Assembly (NCBI GenBank): GCA_017624275.1
Contig: JAGANG010000078.1
Coordinates: forward strand, 45,118-109,117
DNA length: 64,000 nt
Origin: Spirochaetales bacterium
GTDB taxonomy: Bacteria > Spirochaetota > GWE2-31-10
Direction of reading: 5' to 3'
In this document: piece by piece, positions 36,058 through 45,544 of the stretch
Layout of the letters: each line of letters begins with the position of its first letter
Position numbering within the stretch: position 1 is the first letter of the stretch
Made by a program: the position numbers and the translations under genes
Notes under the pieces: model-generated
Databases searched by the model: none
What the model saw: only the letters and a program-made list of their open reading frames with translations
Told to the model about the DNA's origin: nothing

Positions 36058-36579
36058 ATGAAAATAGGATTTAAAGAATTAAACAAAATTAATAAGCACT
36101 TAAATAAGTACTTAAAAAAGTCCGGAAAGGAAATTGGAAAAATTATTGATAAATACGGTAAAGATATAAGTAAAATTGTAGTGGAAGAAGGCGGAAAAAT
36201 CATTGAATATCTAAAAGAAAAAGCCAGTGATATTGATGAAGCAATTGATAATGCCGGCGGACTTGAAAATGTATTAAAAACACTGTGGAATACAGAAGAA
36301 GAAGTAGTTGATGTTTTAACATTAGAAATGATGATTTCTTGGTGTAAACAAAATTTGTCTTCTGATACAGAAAGAGCCAGAGCTGTAATCTTACTTTTGA
36401 AACCGTCTCAATTTCCGGATGATTCAAAAATTGATGACTGTCGTTTTTGTTGCTTTGTAGGTTTTCTTGATAATAACGATGACATTATTGATTCAAAGAA
36501 GAAGTATTTTTACTCCGATACTATGGATTTGAACTTGAAAGAAACTTTCGGTGATAAAGATATGATTATTTTGAATTAA
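36058..36579 (+). CDS. hypothetical protein, paralog family member (C-terminal FGDKDMIILN)
   Basis: 173 aa, RBS aaaggag. N-terminal lysine-rich repeats. C-terminal about 60 aa homologous to 36591 and 36942. Confidence 0.55.
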   Translation: MKIGFKELNKINKHLNKYLKKSGKEIGKIIDKYGKDISKIVVEEGGKIIEYLKEKASDIDEAIDNAGGLENVLKTLWNTEEEVVDVLTLEMMISWCKQNLSSDTERARAVILLLKPSQFPDDSKIDDCRFCCFVGFLDNNDDIIDSKKKYFYSDTMDLNLKETFGDKDMIILN

Positions 36580-36590
36580 AGGAGAGTGAT

Positions 36591-36938
36591 ATGGGATTAT
36601 TAGATTTTATATTTGATATATTTGATGATTTATGGAAAACATTGTGTCGTTTTGGTAAAACAATAAAAAAGGCAATTATTTCATTTACAAAAAATATTGT
36701 ATCTTTTTTCAAAGATCCGAAACGATTTAAAAAACTCGCTAAAACTAAAAAGATTTTGGCAACGACAATAAAAGAAAATTTAGACAACGGAAATGTTAAC
36801 GTGATAAATTGTCTTTATGATACAGAAAAAGAACAAGTTATTGAATTGGAAGAAAATGCTATAGGATACGAAAACGGAGAAATGGATCCAGAACTTGCTC
36901 GTAACTTTGGCAATAAAGACATGATTATTTTGCAATAA
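36591..36938 (+). CDS. hypothetical protein, paralog family member (C-terminal NFGNKDMIILQ)
   Basis: 115 aa, RBS aaaggag. Amphipathic N-terminus. Shares about 90 aa with 36942. Confidence 0.55.
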   Translation: MGLLDFIFDIFDDLWKTLCRFGKTIKKAIISFTKNIVSFFKDPKRFKKLAKTKKILATTIKENLDNGNVNVINCLYDTEKEQVIELEENAIGYENGEMDPELARNFGNKDMIILQ

Positions 36939-36941
36939 GGA

Positions 36942-37349
36942 ATGGGTATGAAAATGGAAAATATAATTACTACTGTTGTTTGGACTGTTATCGGAGCTGT
37001 AGCTGTCGGTTTAATTGGAAGCTTAATATATTTTAGAGCAAAGAAAAATCCTCTGGCTATGTTGAAAGCTAATGCAATAGAAGTGGGAGTGATAAAATTT
37101 CAAGATATTATTGCTTTTTTCAAAAATCCGGCATGTCTTGACACTCTTAAGAAAAATAAAAATCTTCTTGCTGTAGCAATTAGAGAAGAAGAAGCTGACG
37201 GTACTATATTTGTACAGGCTTGTCTTTATGATGAAGAAAAAGAAAAAGTCATTGATATGGAGAATTCTTTTATTGTCTACAAATCAAAGCATATGGATGA
37301 TGAATTAACAAAAAACTTCGGTAATAAAGACATGATTGTTTTGCAATAA
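36942..37349 (+). CDS. hypothetical membrane protein, paralog family member (C-terminal NFGNKDMIVLQ)
   Basis: 135 aa, N-terminal TM helix. Tandem paralog of 36591. Confidence 0.55.
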   Translation: MGMKMENIITTVVWTVIGAVAVGLIGSLIYFRAKKNPLAMLKANAIEVGVIKFQDIIAFFKNPACLDTLKKNKNLLAVAIREEEADGTIFVQACLYDEEKEKVIDMENSFIVYKSKHMDDELTKNFGNKDMIVLQ

Positions 37350-37409
37350 ATTTTTTTTATGTTTCGTTGCAAACTAAATTAAACATCGATATGTAATAAC
37401 AGCATATTT

Positions 37410-37438
37410 TAAGGAGGTAGAAATGCCTCCTTTTTTTA
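37410..37438 (+). terminator. rho-independent terminator ending the 34221-37349 operon
   Basis: aggagg-tagaaatg-cctcct hairpin followed by a T7 run. Confidence 0.6.
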
Positions 37439-37439
37439 A

Positions 37440-37515
37440 TGTTTTATAGAAATACATTTCTAAAAGTTATGAAAAAACAGGAGTTTTAGAAACGTATTTC
37501 TAAAACTTGACTTTT
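37440..37515 (+). promoter_or_regulatory. two near-palindromic 18-20-nt operator-like sites upstream of the 37544 gene
   Basis: ttagaaatacatttctaaaag and ttagaaacgtatttctaaaac, about 45 nt apart, followed by ttgac. Confidence 0.3.
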
Positions 37516-37543
37516 ATGCTCTTTTTGGATATATAATTAATTT

Positions 37544-38785
37544 ATGGAAAATCAAGAAAACTTACTTGTTCGATATGATTATTTGGAAACACTAAAAAGA
37601 TTTAAAGGTAAACAATTAATAAAAGTTATTACCGGGATTCGCCGTTGCGGAAAATCCACTTTGTTTGATTTGTTTATAAATCACTTATTAGAAAATAATA
37701 TTCCAGAACAAAACATTATAAAAATCAATTTTGAATCCCCTGATTTTTTTGAATTGCAAGATTGGCTTTCTGTTTATAAATATATAAAAGAAAAACTTTC
37801 CTCTGATTCAATGAATTATATTTTTCTTGATGAAATTCAAAATGTTCCTGATTTTCAAAAGGCTGTTGATGGTCTTTTTATAATGAAAAATTGCGATATT
37901 TACATAACAGGCTCAAATGCATATTTGCTTTCCGGGGAATTAGCGACTTTGTTGTCTGGTCGCTATGTAGAAATAAAAATGCAGCCACTTTCGTTTAAAG
38001 AATATCTTTCTGCCTATGATGATAAATCTGATTTGCCTTCTAAATATCGAAAGTATATCCAGTTTGGTTCTTTTCCCTATATTCTGCAACTTTCTGAAGA
38101 AAAAGATATTCGGTCGTATTTGGAAGGAATTTACAATACTGTTGTACTAAAGGATATTGTTGCTCGTAGAAAAATTGCTGATGTTGGAATGTTGGAAAAA
38201 GTTATTCGATTTATGTTTGATAATATTGGAAATCCAACTTCTGCCACAAATATTGCCAATACAATGACTTCGACTCGCCAAAAAATTTCTTATCATACTG
38301 TAGAAAATTATCTTTCGGCACTTTTGGATAGTTTTATTTTTTATAAAGCCGAACGATATGATGTAAAAGGAAAGCAATATTTATCTACAAATGCAAAGTA
38401 TTATTTGTGTGATATTGGGCTTAGATATTATTTACTAGGAACAAAACCTGCTGATTTTGGACATATTTTGGAAAATATTGTTTTTTTGGAACTTTTGCGG
38501 CGTGGAAATGAAGTTTATGTTGGCAAAGTTGATGATTCTGAAATTGATTTTGTTGCAATTTATAATGGTGAAAAAACATATTATCAAGTGGCATATACAG
38601 TAATTGATTCAGACAATTCCGTCAAAACATTGACCCGAGAATTAAAGCCGTTAAAATCTGTAAAAGATAATTGTGAAAAGATTTTATTAACGATGGACAA
38701 TATTCCGCCGGTTTCTTACGACGGAATAAAGCAAAAATATGTTTTGGATTGGTTGTTGGAAAAGTTACAGCGAAATCAAAATTGA
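37544..38785 (+). CDS. AAA+ superfamily ATPase with DUF4143 C-terminal domain
   Basis: 413 aa. Walker A GIRRCGKST, Walker B IFLDEIQ. Architecture matches the widespread 'ATP-binding protein' (COG1373) family. Confidence 0.8.
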   Translation: MENQENLLVRYDYLETLKRFKGKQLIKVITGIRRCGKSTLFDLFINHLLENNIPEQNIIKINFESPDFFELQDWLSVYKYIKEKLSSDSMNYIFLDEIQNVPDFQKAVDGLFIMKNCDIYITGSNAYLLSGELATLLSGRYVEIKMQPLSFKEYLSAYDDKSDLPSKYRKYIQFGSFPYILQLSEEKDIRSYLEGIYNTVVLKDIVARRKIADVGMLEKVIRFMFDNIGNPTSATNIANTMTSTRQKISYHTVENYLSALLDSFIFYKAERYDVKGKQYLSTNAKYYLCDIGLRYYLLGTKPADFGHILENIVFLELLRRGNEVYVGKVDDSEIDFVAIYNGEKTYYQVAYTVIDSDNSVKTLTRELKPLKSVKDNCEKILLTMDNIPPVSYDGIKQKYVLDWLLEKLQRNQN

Positions 38786-38979
38786 TAAAAACAGTTTTGT
38801 TATATTTAACGGAGATAAAACAAAAGATTTCAGGAACGGAAAAATCCATTGTACACAAAAACCTCTTCGATTGAAATTACGTAATATCTGTGGTGATGAA
38901 ACTATTTGGTGTGTGTAATGTAAACTTGTTTTTCAAAAATGTGGTATAGTACGCTTTTATAAAATTGGAGGATAGATAT

Positions 38980-39204
38980 ATGGTTAGTTCATTTACATTG
39001 AAGACTGATGAATTAGATAATAACTTTCTTGCTACAATAAAAAAATTATTTGCAGGTAAAGAAATTGAAATTACTATTCAAGACTCTCAAGCTGATACAG
39101 ATTATCTTTTGAAAAATCCAGTAAATAAAGCTCATCTACTTTCTTCTATCTCATCTTTGGAAAAAAATGAAAATATAAAAGTTTTTTCAGGAGATGATTT
39201 TTGA
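38980..39204 (+). CDS. yefM: YefM/Phd-family antitoxin
   Basis: About 74 aa from the ATG at 38980 (RBS ggagg). Overlaps the toxin start by 4 nt. Confidence 0.7.
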   Translation: MVSSFTLKTDELDNNFLATIKKLFAGKEIEITIQDSQADTDYLLKNPVNKAHLLSSISSLEKNENIKVFSGDDF

Positions 39205-39455
39205 ACATAATATTTTCTGAAGAATCTTTCTCAGACTATCACAGTTGGGCATTTGAAGATAAAAAATTCTACAAGAAGATAAATGAATTAATAAAAGATA
39301 TAATTCGTTCCCCTTTTTCTGGAATAGGAAAACCTGAGCCTTTAAAATATGAACTTTCGGGATATTGGTCTCGCAGAATAAACGAAGAACATAGATTGGT
39401 TTATAAAGTAATCGATAATTCTATTTTTATTGCTTCTTGTAAATATCATTATTAA
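39201..39455 (+). CDS. yoeB: YoeB/Txe-family mRNA interferase toxin
   Basis: 84 aa. SWAFEDKKFYKKINELIKDI...RRINEEHRLVYKV matches YoeB. Confidence 0.8.
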   Translation: MNIIFSEESFSDYHSWAFEDKKFYKKINELIKDIIRSPFSGIGKPEPLKYELSGYWSRRINEEHRLVYKVIDNSIFIASCKYHY

Positions 39456-39471
39456 ATAAGGAAATTACACC

Positions 39472-39987
39472 ATGAACGAAACTATTAAAACAATTTTAGC
39501 ACGACGTTCTTGCAGAGCGTTTACCGACCGAGCTGTAAGCGAAGCCGATATTAGACAGATTTTAGATTGTGCCTTATCCAGTGCCAGCGGAATGGGATGG
39601 CAAACTTGGCAATTTACGGCTGTCATGAACAGAGAAAAGATTCAATTGTTGGCAAAGGCTGTCGGCAATGCATTAGGGCGTGAAGAATATGATATGTATA
39701 ATCCGGATGTTTTGATTATTACTTCCAATGATAAGGATTCAAAATATCGTGAAGTAGATAATGCTTGTGCAATACAAAATATTTATATTGCCAGTGAAGC
39801 TCTCGGGTTAGGTTGCGTTTGGATAAATCAACTTTTGGATTGTTGTGATGACCCGCAAGTGCGTGAAATCTTAGATTCATTTGGTGTTCCACAAAATCAT
39901 GGTGTTTACGGTTGTGCAGCAATCGGATATAAAGCACAAGAACCTACACAAAAAGAAATCAAAGGTAAGGCGTGCATTGTCAAATAA
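39472..39987 (+). CDS. nitroreductase-family protein
   Basis: 171 aa, ILARRSCRAF FMN-binding nitroreductase motif. Confidence 0.8.
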   Translation: MNETIKTILARRSCRAFTDRAVSEADIRQILDCALSSASGMGWQTWQFTAVMNREKIQLLAKAVGNALGREEYDMYNPDVLIITSNDKDSKYREVDNACAIQNIYIASEALGLGCVWINQLLDCCDDPQVREILDSFGVPQNHGVYGCAAIGYKAQEPTQKEIKGKACIVK

Positions 39988-40078
39988 AATTTATTGCAAT
40001 GCAGTATAAGACATAAAAAAAAGTGTACCGATGAAGTTTTTTCCTCCAGTGGTACACTTTAAATTTTTATAAGCTTAT

Positions 40079-41068
40079 TTATTTACCGATTCTTTTTTTA
40101 ACAAAAGCTCCGGATGTTACTTGTGATTTTAACTGAGCGAGAGTTTCTTCCATATTAGAATTACCTTCAATCAATACTTTAAAAACTCCGTCTTTATCTT
40201 CTAAAACTACAGATTGAAATCCTTTTTGTCTTATTTCAGTACAGATATTAAATGCATTCTCTTTTTTTACGAATGAACCGATTTGAATATAATAAAGATT
40301 TTTTTGCATTGCGTTTATCATTATTACTTTGTTTGCAGCAGGTACAGGAGTTGTAGTTGTTGACGGTTCAGGAACTACTACAACTTCTTCTTTTGTTACC
40401 GGAGATGACTCTGTAATGCTTGGATTTTTTACTACACTGCCCACTTCTGTATTAGTAGGTAATGCAGGCGGAGCAGAAGTTTTACCGTTTTGAGTAAGAT
40501 TTTTTAGTTTAGCAATCATGTCATGCTTTTTTGTAGCAGTTGCGTCGTTTACATAAATCTCACAAGGACCGGATGCTTTTTTAAATTTGTTATATCCGGA
40601 AACATCTTTTTGATTGTCAAAAAACTCAACTGTAACATAATCAATACTTACATCAGTAATGATAAAAGTAATGTTATTGCTAATCCAGTTGTAGTCTTCT
40701 ACAATATTTTCCGGAAGCATTCTTGTTAATTTATATGTTCCGCTTTCATCTTTTGCATATTTACAAGCGAATCCATCAAAATTCATAAAATAAAAAAAAT
40801 CCCCGTTGGAAGAATCTGTGAATTGATAAGCTTTTTGGTTTTGCAATTTATTTTCTTCGTCAGTAATTTGGAATGCACCGTCAATTGTCCAAGTACAACT
40901 TGTTGCAGTACCGTTTTCTTCTTTCGAAAACTCTCTGATTTGTCCAACGCTCATTGGAAAAAATTGGTTTTTGTTATCTCCGGAATCTTGATTTATTCTG
41001 TTGAATACCGGTGAAGCATTTATGGCTAATGAACAAAATAATAATGTAACAATAAAAATACGTTTCAT
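40079..41068 (-). CDS. secreted protein with C-terminal SPOR (peptidoglycan-binding) domain
   Basis: Signal peptide MKRIFIVTLLFCSLAINA. Pro/Thr-rich linker. C-terminal YYIQIGSF...LIEG SPOR fold. Confidence 0.7.
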   Translation of the reverse strand: MKRIFIVTLLFCSLAINASPVFNRINQDSGDNKNQFFPMSVGQIREFSKEENGTATSCTWTIDGAFQITDEENKLQNQKAYQFTDSSNGDFFYFMNFDGFACKYAKDESGTYKLTRMLPENIVEDYNWISNNITFIITDVSIDYVTVEFFDNQKDVSGYNKFKKASGPCEIYVNDATATKKHDMIAKLKNLTQNGKTSAPPALPTNTEVGSVVKNPSITESSPVTKEEVVVVPEPSTTTTPVPAANKVIMINAMQKNLYYIQIGSFVKKENAFNICTEIRQKGFQSVVLEDKDGVFKVLIEGNSNMEETLAQLKSQVTSGAFVKKRIGK

Positions 41069-41241
41069 AATAATTAAACCTCCCGAATAACGCCATTTAC
41101 TATACCCTGTATACTTCGGTTTTTTTATTTTTTCCTTAACACACAAAATTAATTAAATGAGTTTGTTTTTTAAAATAGAAAAGTAATGATGAAAACTGTA
41201 ATTTTTGCTATAGTACAGTGATTTCTTGGAGGGAAAATATT

Positions 41242-41706
41242 ATGAAAAATATGACAGATATAATCGAAAAAGATGCAATTGCGATTATGGAAAATGTAGA
41301 ACATAAGGCTGTAATTGATAAATTATTAGAGTTATTAAAGAACTCAAAAAAGATAACAAATCATACAAAATTACGAGAATTAATACTTGAAAGAGAAAAT
41401 ATAATTTCTACCGGAATCGGTGTCGGACTTGCGATTCCTCACACTCGTCGCAATATTATAAAAGATTTTGTTGCGTCGGCCGTTTTGATTCGTGGTACAG
41501 GTTGTGAATGGAACTCAATTGATAATCAGCCTGTAAAATTTGCGATTTTAATTGCGTCTCCTCAAGATACTCACAAAGAATATTTAAAAATTCTTGCTAA
41601 TTCCGTGCTTGTTTGGAAAAATGAAGAAAAGAGAAACAAAATTCTTTCAGCCAACACAGAATCAGAAATATATGATGCTTTATCAGTAATCGAGTTTGAT
41701 ATTTAA
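41242..41706 (+). CDS. PTS EIIA type-2 (PtsN-like) regulatory protein
   Basis: GIGVGLAIPHTR with the phosphorylatable His typical of EIIA(Ntr/Fru). Start chosen at the ATG behind RBS ggaggg. Confidence 0.7.
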   Translation: MKNMTDIIEKDAIAIMENVEHKAVIDKLLELLKNSKKITNHTKLRELILERENIISTGIGVGLAIPHTRRNIIKDFVASAVLIRGTGCEWNSIDNQPVKFAILIASPQDTHKEYLKILANSVLVWKNEEKRNKILSANTESEIYDALSVIEFDI

Positions 41707-41715
41707 GTGATATAG

Positions 41716-42192
41716 TTATTTCATTTTACGAGGATACTGTTTGCTGTGGGATTCAAGAAAAATCTCCCAATCGTTTTGTGTCATTCTTTGGCGTGGGGGA
41801 GTTTTCTTTTTCCAAAATGCAACAAGTTTCTTTTCTTGAGTAGAATATTTCATTATAGGGAGTTCTCGTTCATCTGTAATGATGATTTCTACTCTTATTT
41901 TTTCATTATTAAGAGTTATCAGAATTTGCTGGTCATTTATTCCGTTGTTTCCAAAACTAAATAAATAAACTAAATCGACTAATCGATTATTTTCGTTGCG
42001 AAGTTTAAGTACATATTGATCCATTCTGTGGTAATAACGTAAATCTTCAAGTTGTGAAGCTATTAATATTTCATATAATTGCGAATAATCAGACATATGA
42101 TCTAAGAATGAATGGATTCTATATTTTTTTAAAAAATTAAATATAGAAGAAAAAAAGTCTTTTATTTCCGGTAAATCAGCTAAATTATTCAT
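41716..42192 (-). CDS. hypothetical protein
   Basis: 158-aa ORF with no recognisable motif. Lower-case coding support only. Confidence 0.45.
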   Translation of the reverse strand: MNNLADLPEIKDFFSSIFNFLKKYRIHSFLDHMSDYSQLYEILIASQLEDLRYYHRMDQYVLKLRNENNRLVDLVYLFSFGNNGINDQQILITLNNEKIRVEIIITDERELPIMKYSTQEKKLVAFWKKKTPPRQRMTQNDWEIFLESHSKQYPRKMK

Positions 42193-42202
42193 GATTATTC
42201 TC

Positions 42203-42245
42203 CTATAAAAATAAAAACGTCGGATGATTTTTCCGACGCTTTTAT
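42203..42245 (-). terminator. rho-independent terminator downstream of carB
   Basis: On the minus strand, gcgtcgga-aaaatca-tccgacg hairpin followed by tttttattttt. Confidence 0.55.
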
Positions 42246-42256
42246 TTTTTGTAATC

Positions 42257-45200
42257 TTAAGGATTAATTTTTTTTACCGGGTATTTTTCCAAATATTCAT
42301 TTAATGAACAAACCGGAACAGTTTCAGATGATTTTTCACGATCCAAAGCATTTAAGATACTCATAGTCGTATCAAATGATGTAATACATGAAACTTTGTA
42401 TTCTACAGCCAATCGACGGATTTTAAATCCAAGTTTACTGATATTTTTTCCTTTTGTAGGAATATTGATAATAATATCAAAACAATTTTGGCGAATCATA
42501 TCGAGAACATTCGGTGTTGCATCTCCCGGATGAGGTGCTAATGCAACTTCAGAATGACCTCGTTTTTGTAAGAACTCATAAGTTCCTTTAGTAGCAGAAA
42601 GTTTATATCCTAATGATTGTAGTTTAGGAATAAAATCTAACAATTCTTCACGGTCTTTTTGTGCAACGGACAATAAAATATGACCGCTGTCCGGTACTTG
42701 AATACCAGAACCGGTAACGGCATTGTATAATGCGTCCATTCTGTTTGTTCCCAAACCAAGAACTTCTCCGGTAGATTTCATTTCCGGTCCAAGTCCCGGT
42801 TCTACCATTTTCAATTTATCAAAACTGAATACCGGTGCTTTTATTGTACAGTATGCAGGCATTTCTAATAATCCGGAACCGTAACCCAATTCTTTCAATG
42901 TTTTACCAGCCATAATTTTTGTCGCAATTTTTACCATAGGAATATTAGTAACTTTACTCAATACCGGTACGGTTCTACTTGCACGAGGATTTACTTCAAT
43001 ACAATAAACTTTTCCGTCAGAAATAACATACTGTACATTCATCAATCCTATTGTTCCCAATTCTCTACCGAGAGCGATAGTATGACGTTTGATTGTATTT
43101 ATTTCTTCTTCAGATAAATTTGTAGGCGGATATACAGCCATAGAGTCTCCGGAATGTACGCCGGCACGTTCGATATGTTCAAATATTCCCGGAATAAAAG
43201 TATCTGTTCCGTCACAAATTGCGTCAACTTCAACTTCTTTTCCCAACAGATATTTATCAACCAAAACAGGGTGATCCGGAGAAATCTTTGTTGCAAATCG
43301 CATATAAGAAAATAACTCGTCATCGTTATAAACAATTTCCATTGCGTGACCGCCGATAACATAAGACGGACGAACAAGCACGGGATATCCCAAACGATTT
43401 GTAACACCGAGAGCTTCTTCAAAAGAATAAACAGCACGTCCTTCGGCTTGAGGAACTCCGGCACGTTGTAAAATCTGTGAAAATTTATCACGGTCTTCTG
43501 CATCATCTATTGTTTGTACTGATGACCCCAAGATTTTTACGCCGGCATCGTTCAATTTACCGGCTAAATTAATAGCTGTTTGTCCTCCGAATTGAACAAT
43601 TACACCTTCCGGATTTTCTTTTTCTATTACATTTAAAACATCTTCAATATTAAGCGGTTCAAAATACAATTTATCAGATGTATCGAAATCTGTACTTACA
43701 GTTTCAGGATTATTATTAATAATTATAGATTGAATATTTTCCTCTTTAAGTCCCCATACAGAACGAACGGAACAATAGTCAAACTCTATACCTTGTCCGA
43801 TACGAATAGGACCGGCACCTAAAACCATCATTTTTCTTATATCTGTAGCAACTTCAACTTCGTCTTCTTGTTCGTATGTAGAATAATAGTATGGAGTCAT
43901 AGCTTCAAATTCTGCTGAACAAGTATCTACCATTTTGTAAACCGGAATTACATTGCAACGTTTTCGGAATGCACGGAACTCTAAATGGGGAACTCCGATG
44001 GTTTTTGCCAAATAAGTATCACCAAAACCGCAACGTTTTAGGCGTTTAATCAAATCTTTAATGTCATCGCTAGGATTTTGTTCTGCTATTACTTCTGCTG
44101 ATAGTTTTTGCAGTGCTTCTTTTTCCAGAGCGATAATATTTTCAAATTTCTTAACAAAGAAAATATCCATTTTTGTAATTTGGACAATTTTTCCAACAGG
44201 ATAATCTCTTCTTAGTAATTCAAATATTGCAAATAAACGTCTGTCGTCTGCACGGCGAAGCATTTCTTCAAGAGCTTCAGTTTCTTCTTTATCTAAGTCC
44301 GGCATTCTAGGCCCATCGACTTTTATTTCGAGTGAGCGAATTCCTTTCATTATAGAACCTTCGATAGTTCTGTCGATACTCATAATTTCACCGGTAGCTT
44401 TCATTTGAGTACCCAATTTACGATCTGCCGATGTAAATTTGTCAAATGGCCATCTCGGAATTTTTGTAACAATATAGTCAAGTGTAGGTTCAAAACAAGC
44501 AAGTGTCTTTTTTGTTACAGAGTTTTGAATCTCGTCAAGATGAAGTCCGATTGCTATTTTTGCTGAAACTTTCGCAATAGGGTAACCGGTAGCTTTTGAT
44601 GCTAACGCAGATGAACGAGATACACGTGGATTTACTTCTATAATGATGTAGTTTTTTGAATATGGATCAAGTGCGAATTGTACATTACATCCACCTTCAA
44701 TTTTCAACGCATCGATAATTTTCAATGCTGATGTTCGCAGCATTTGATATTCTTGATCACAAAGAGTTTGACTCGGAGCAAGAACGATACTGTCACCTGT
44801 ATGGATTCCTACAGGGTCGATATTTTCCATATTACAAACAGTAATACATGTTCCGTTTGCATCACGCATTACTTCATATTCTATTTCTTTCCAACCGGCT
44901 ACAGATTGCTCTAATAAAACCTGATGAATTCTTGAATGTTTAAGTCCGAGTGAACAGATATTAACAAGTTCTTCTTCGTTATTGGCAATACCGCCGCCGA
45001 GTCCACCCATTGTATACGCAGGACGAACGATTAACGGATAACCGGCTTTATTTGCAAAAGCGACGGCTTCGGTTAAATTATTTACGATTTGGCTGTCAGC
45101 AATAGGTTCTCCGATTTCTTGCATCAAATCTTTGAACATTTCACGGTCTTCAGCCTGTTTGATAGCAGAAAGAGAAGTCCCTAAAAACTTAACATTATAT

Positions 45201-45529
45201 TTATCAAGAATCCCTTTTTCCGATAATTCAACGGCAAGGTTTAGTCCGGTTTGTCCTCCGAGTGTCGGAAGTAAACCATCCGGACGTTCTTTGTCGATAA
45301 TTTTTTCTAAAGAACTGACATTTAACGGTTCCAAATAAGTTGAATCCGCCATATTCAAGTCTGTCATGATTGTGGCAGGATTTGAATTTACGAGTATTAC
45401 ACGTAAACCTTCTTCTTTCAATGCTTTACATGCTTGAGAACCGGCATAGTCAAACTCTGCCGCTTGACCGATGATTATCGGTCCTGAACCTATGATTAAT
45501 ACACTTTTTATTGATTTGTCTAAAGGCAT
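42257..45529 (-). CDS. carB: carbamoyl-phosphate synthase large subunit
   Basis: 1090 aa. Duplicated ATP-grasp halves and MGS-like C-terminal domain. Confidence 0.95.
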   Translation of the reverse strand: MPLDKSIKSVLIIGSGPIIIGQAAEFDYAGSQACKALKEEGLRVILVNSNPATIMTDLNMADSTYLEPLNVSSLEKIIDKERPDGLLPTLGGQTGLNLAVELSEKGILDKYNVKFLGTSLSAIKQAEDREMFKDLMQEIGEPIADSQIVNNLTEAVAFANKAGYPLIVRPAYTMGGLGGGIANNEEELVNICSLGLKHSRIHQVLLEQSVAGWKEIEYEVMRDANGTCITVCNMENIDPVGIHTGDSIVLAPSQTLCDQEYQMLRTSALKIIDALKIEGGCNVQFALDPYSKNYIIIEVNPRVSRSSALASKATGYPIAKVSAKIAIGLHLDEIQNSVTKKTLACFEPTLDYIVTKIPRWPFDKFTSADRKLGTQMKATGEIMSIDRTIEGSIMKGIRSLEIKVDGPRMPDLDKEETEALEEMLRRADDRRLFAIFELLRRDYPVGKIVQITKMDIFFVKKFENIIALEKEALQKLSAEVIAEQNPSDDIKDLIKRLKRCGFGDTYLAKTIGVPHLEFRAFRKRCNVIPVYKMVDTCSAEFEAMTPYYYSTYEQEDEVEVATDIRKMMVLGAGPIRIGQGIEFDYCSVRSVWGLKEENIQSIIINNNPETVSTDFDTSDKLYFEPLNIEDVLNVIEKENPEGVIVQFGGQTAINLAGKLNDAGVKILGSSVQTIDDAEDRDKFSQILQRAGVPQAEGRAVYSFEEALGVTNRLGYPVLVRPSYVIGGHAMEIVYNDDELFSYMRFATKISPDHPVLVDKYLLGKEVEVDAICDGTDTFIPGIFEHIERAGVHSGDSMAVYPPTNLSEEEINTIKRHTIALGRELGTIGLMNVQYVISDGKVYCIEVNPRASRTVPVLSKVTNIPMVKIATKIMAGKTLKELGYGSGLLEMPAYCTIKAPVFSFDKLKMVEPGLGPEMKSTGEVLGLGTNRMDALYNAVTGSGIQVPDSGHILLSVAQKDREELLDFIPKLQSLGYKLSATKGTYEFLQKRGHSEVALAPHPGDATPNVLDMIRQNCFDIIINIPTKGKNISKLGFKIRRLAVEYKVSCITSFDTTMSILNALDREKSSETVPVCSLNEYLEKYPVKKINP

Positions 45530-45544
45530 AAAACCATCCTTAAA

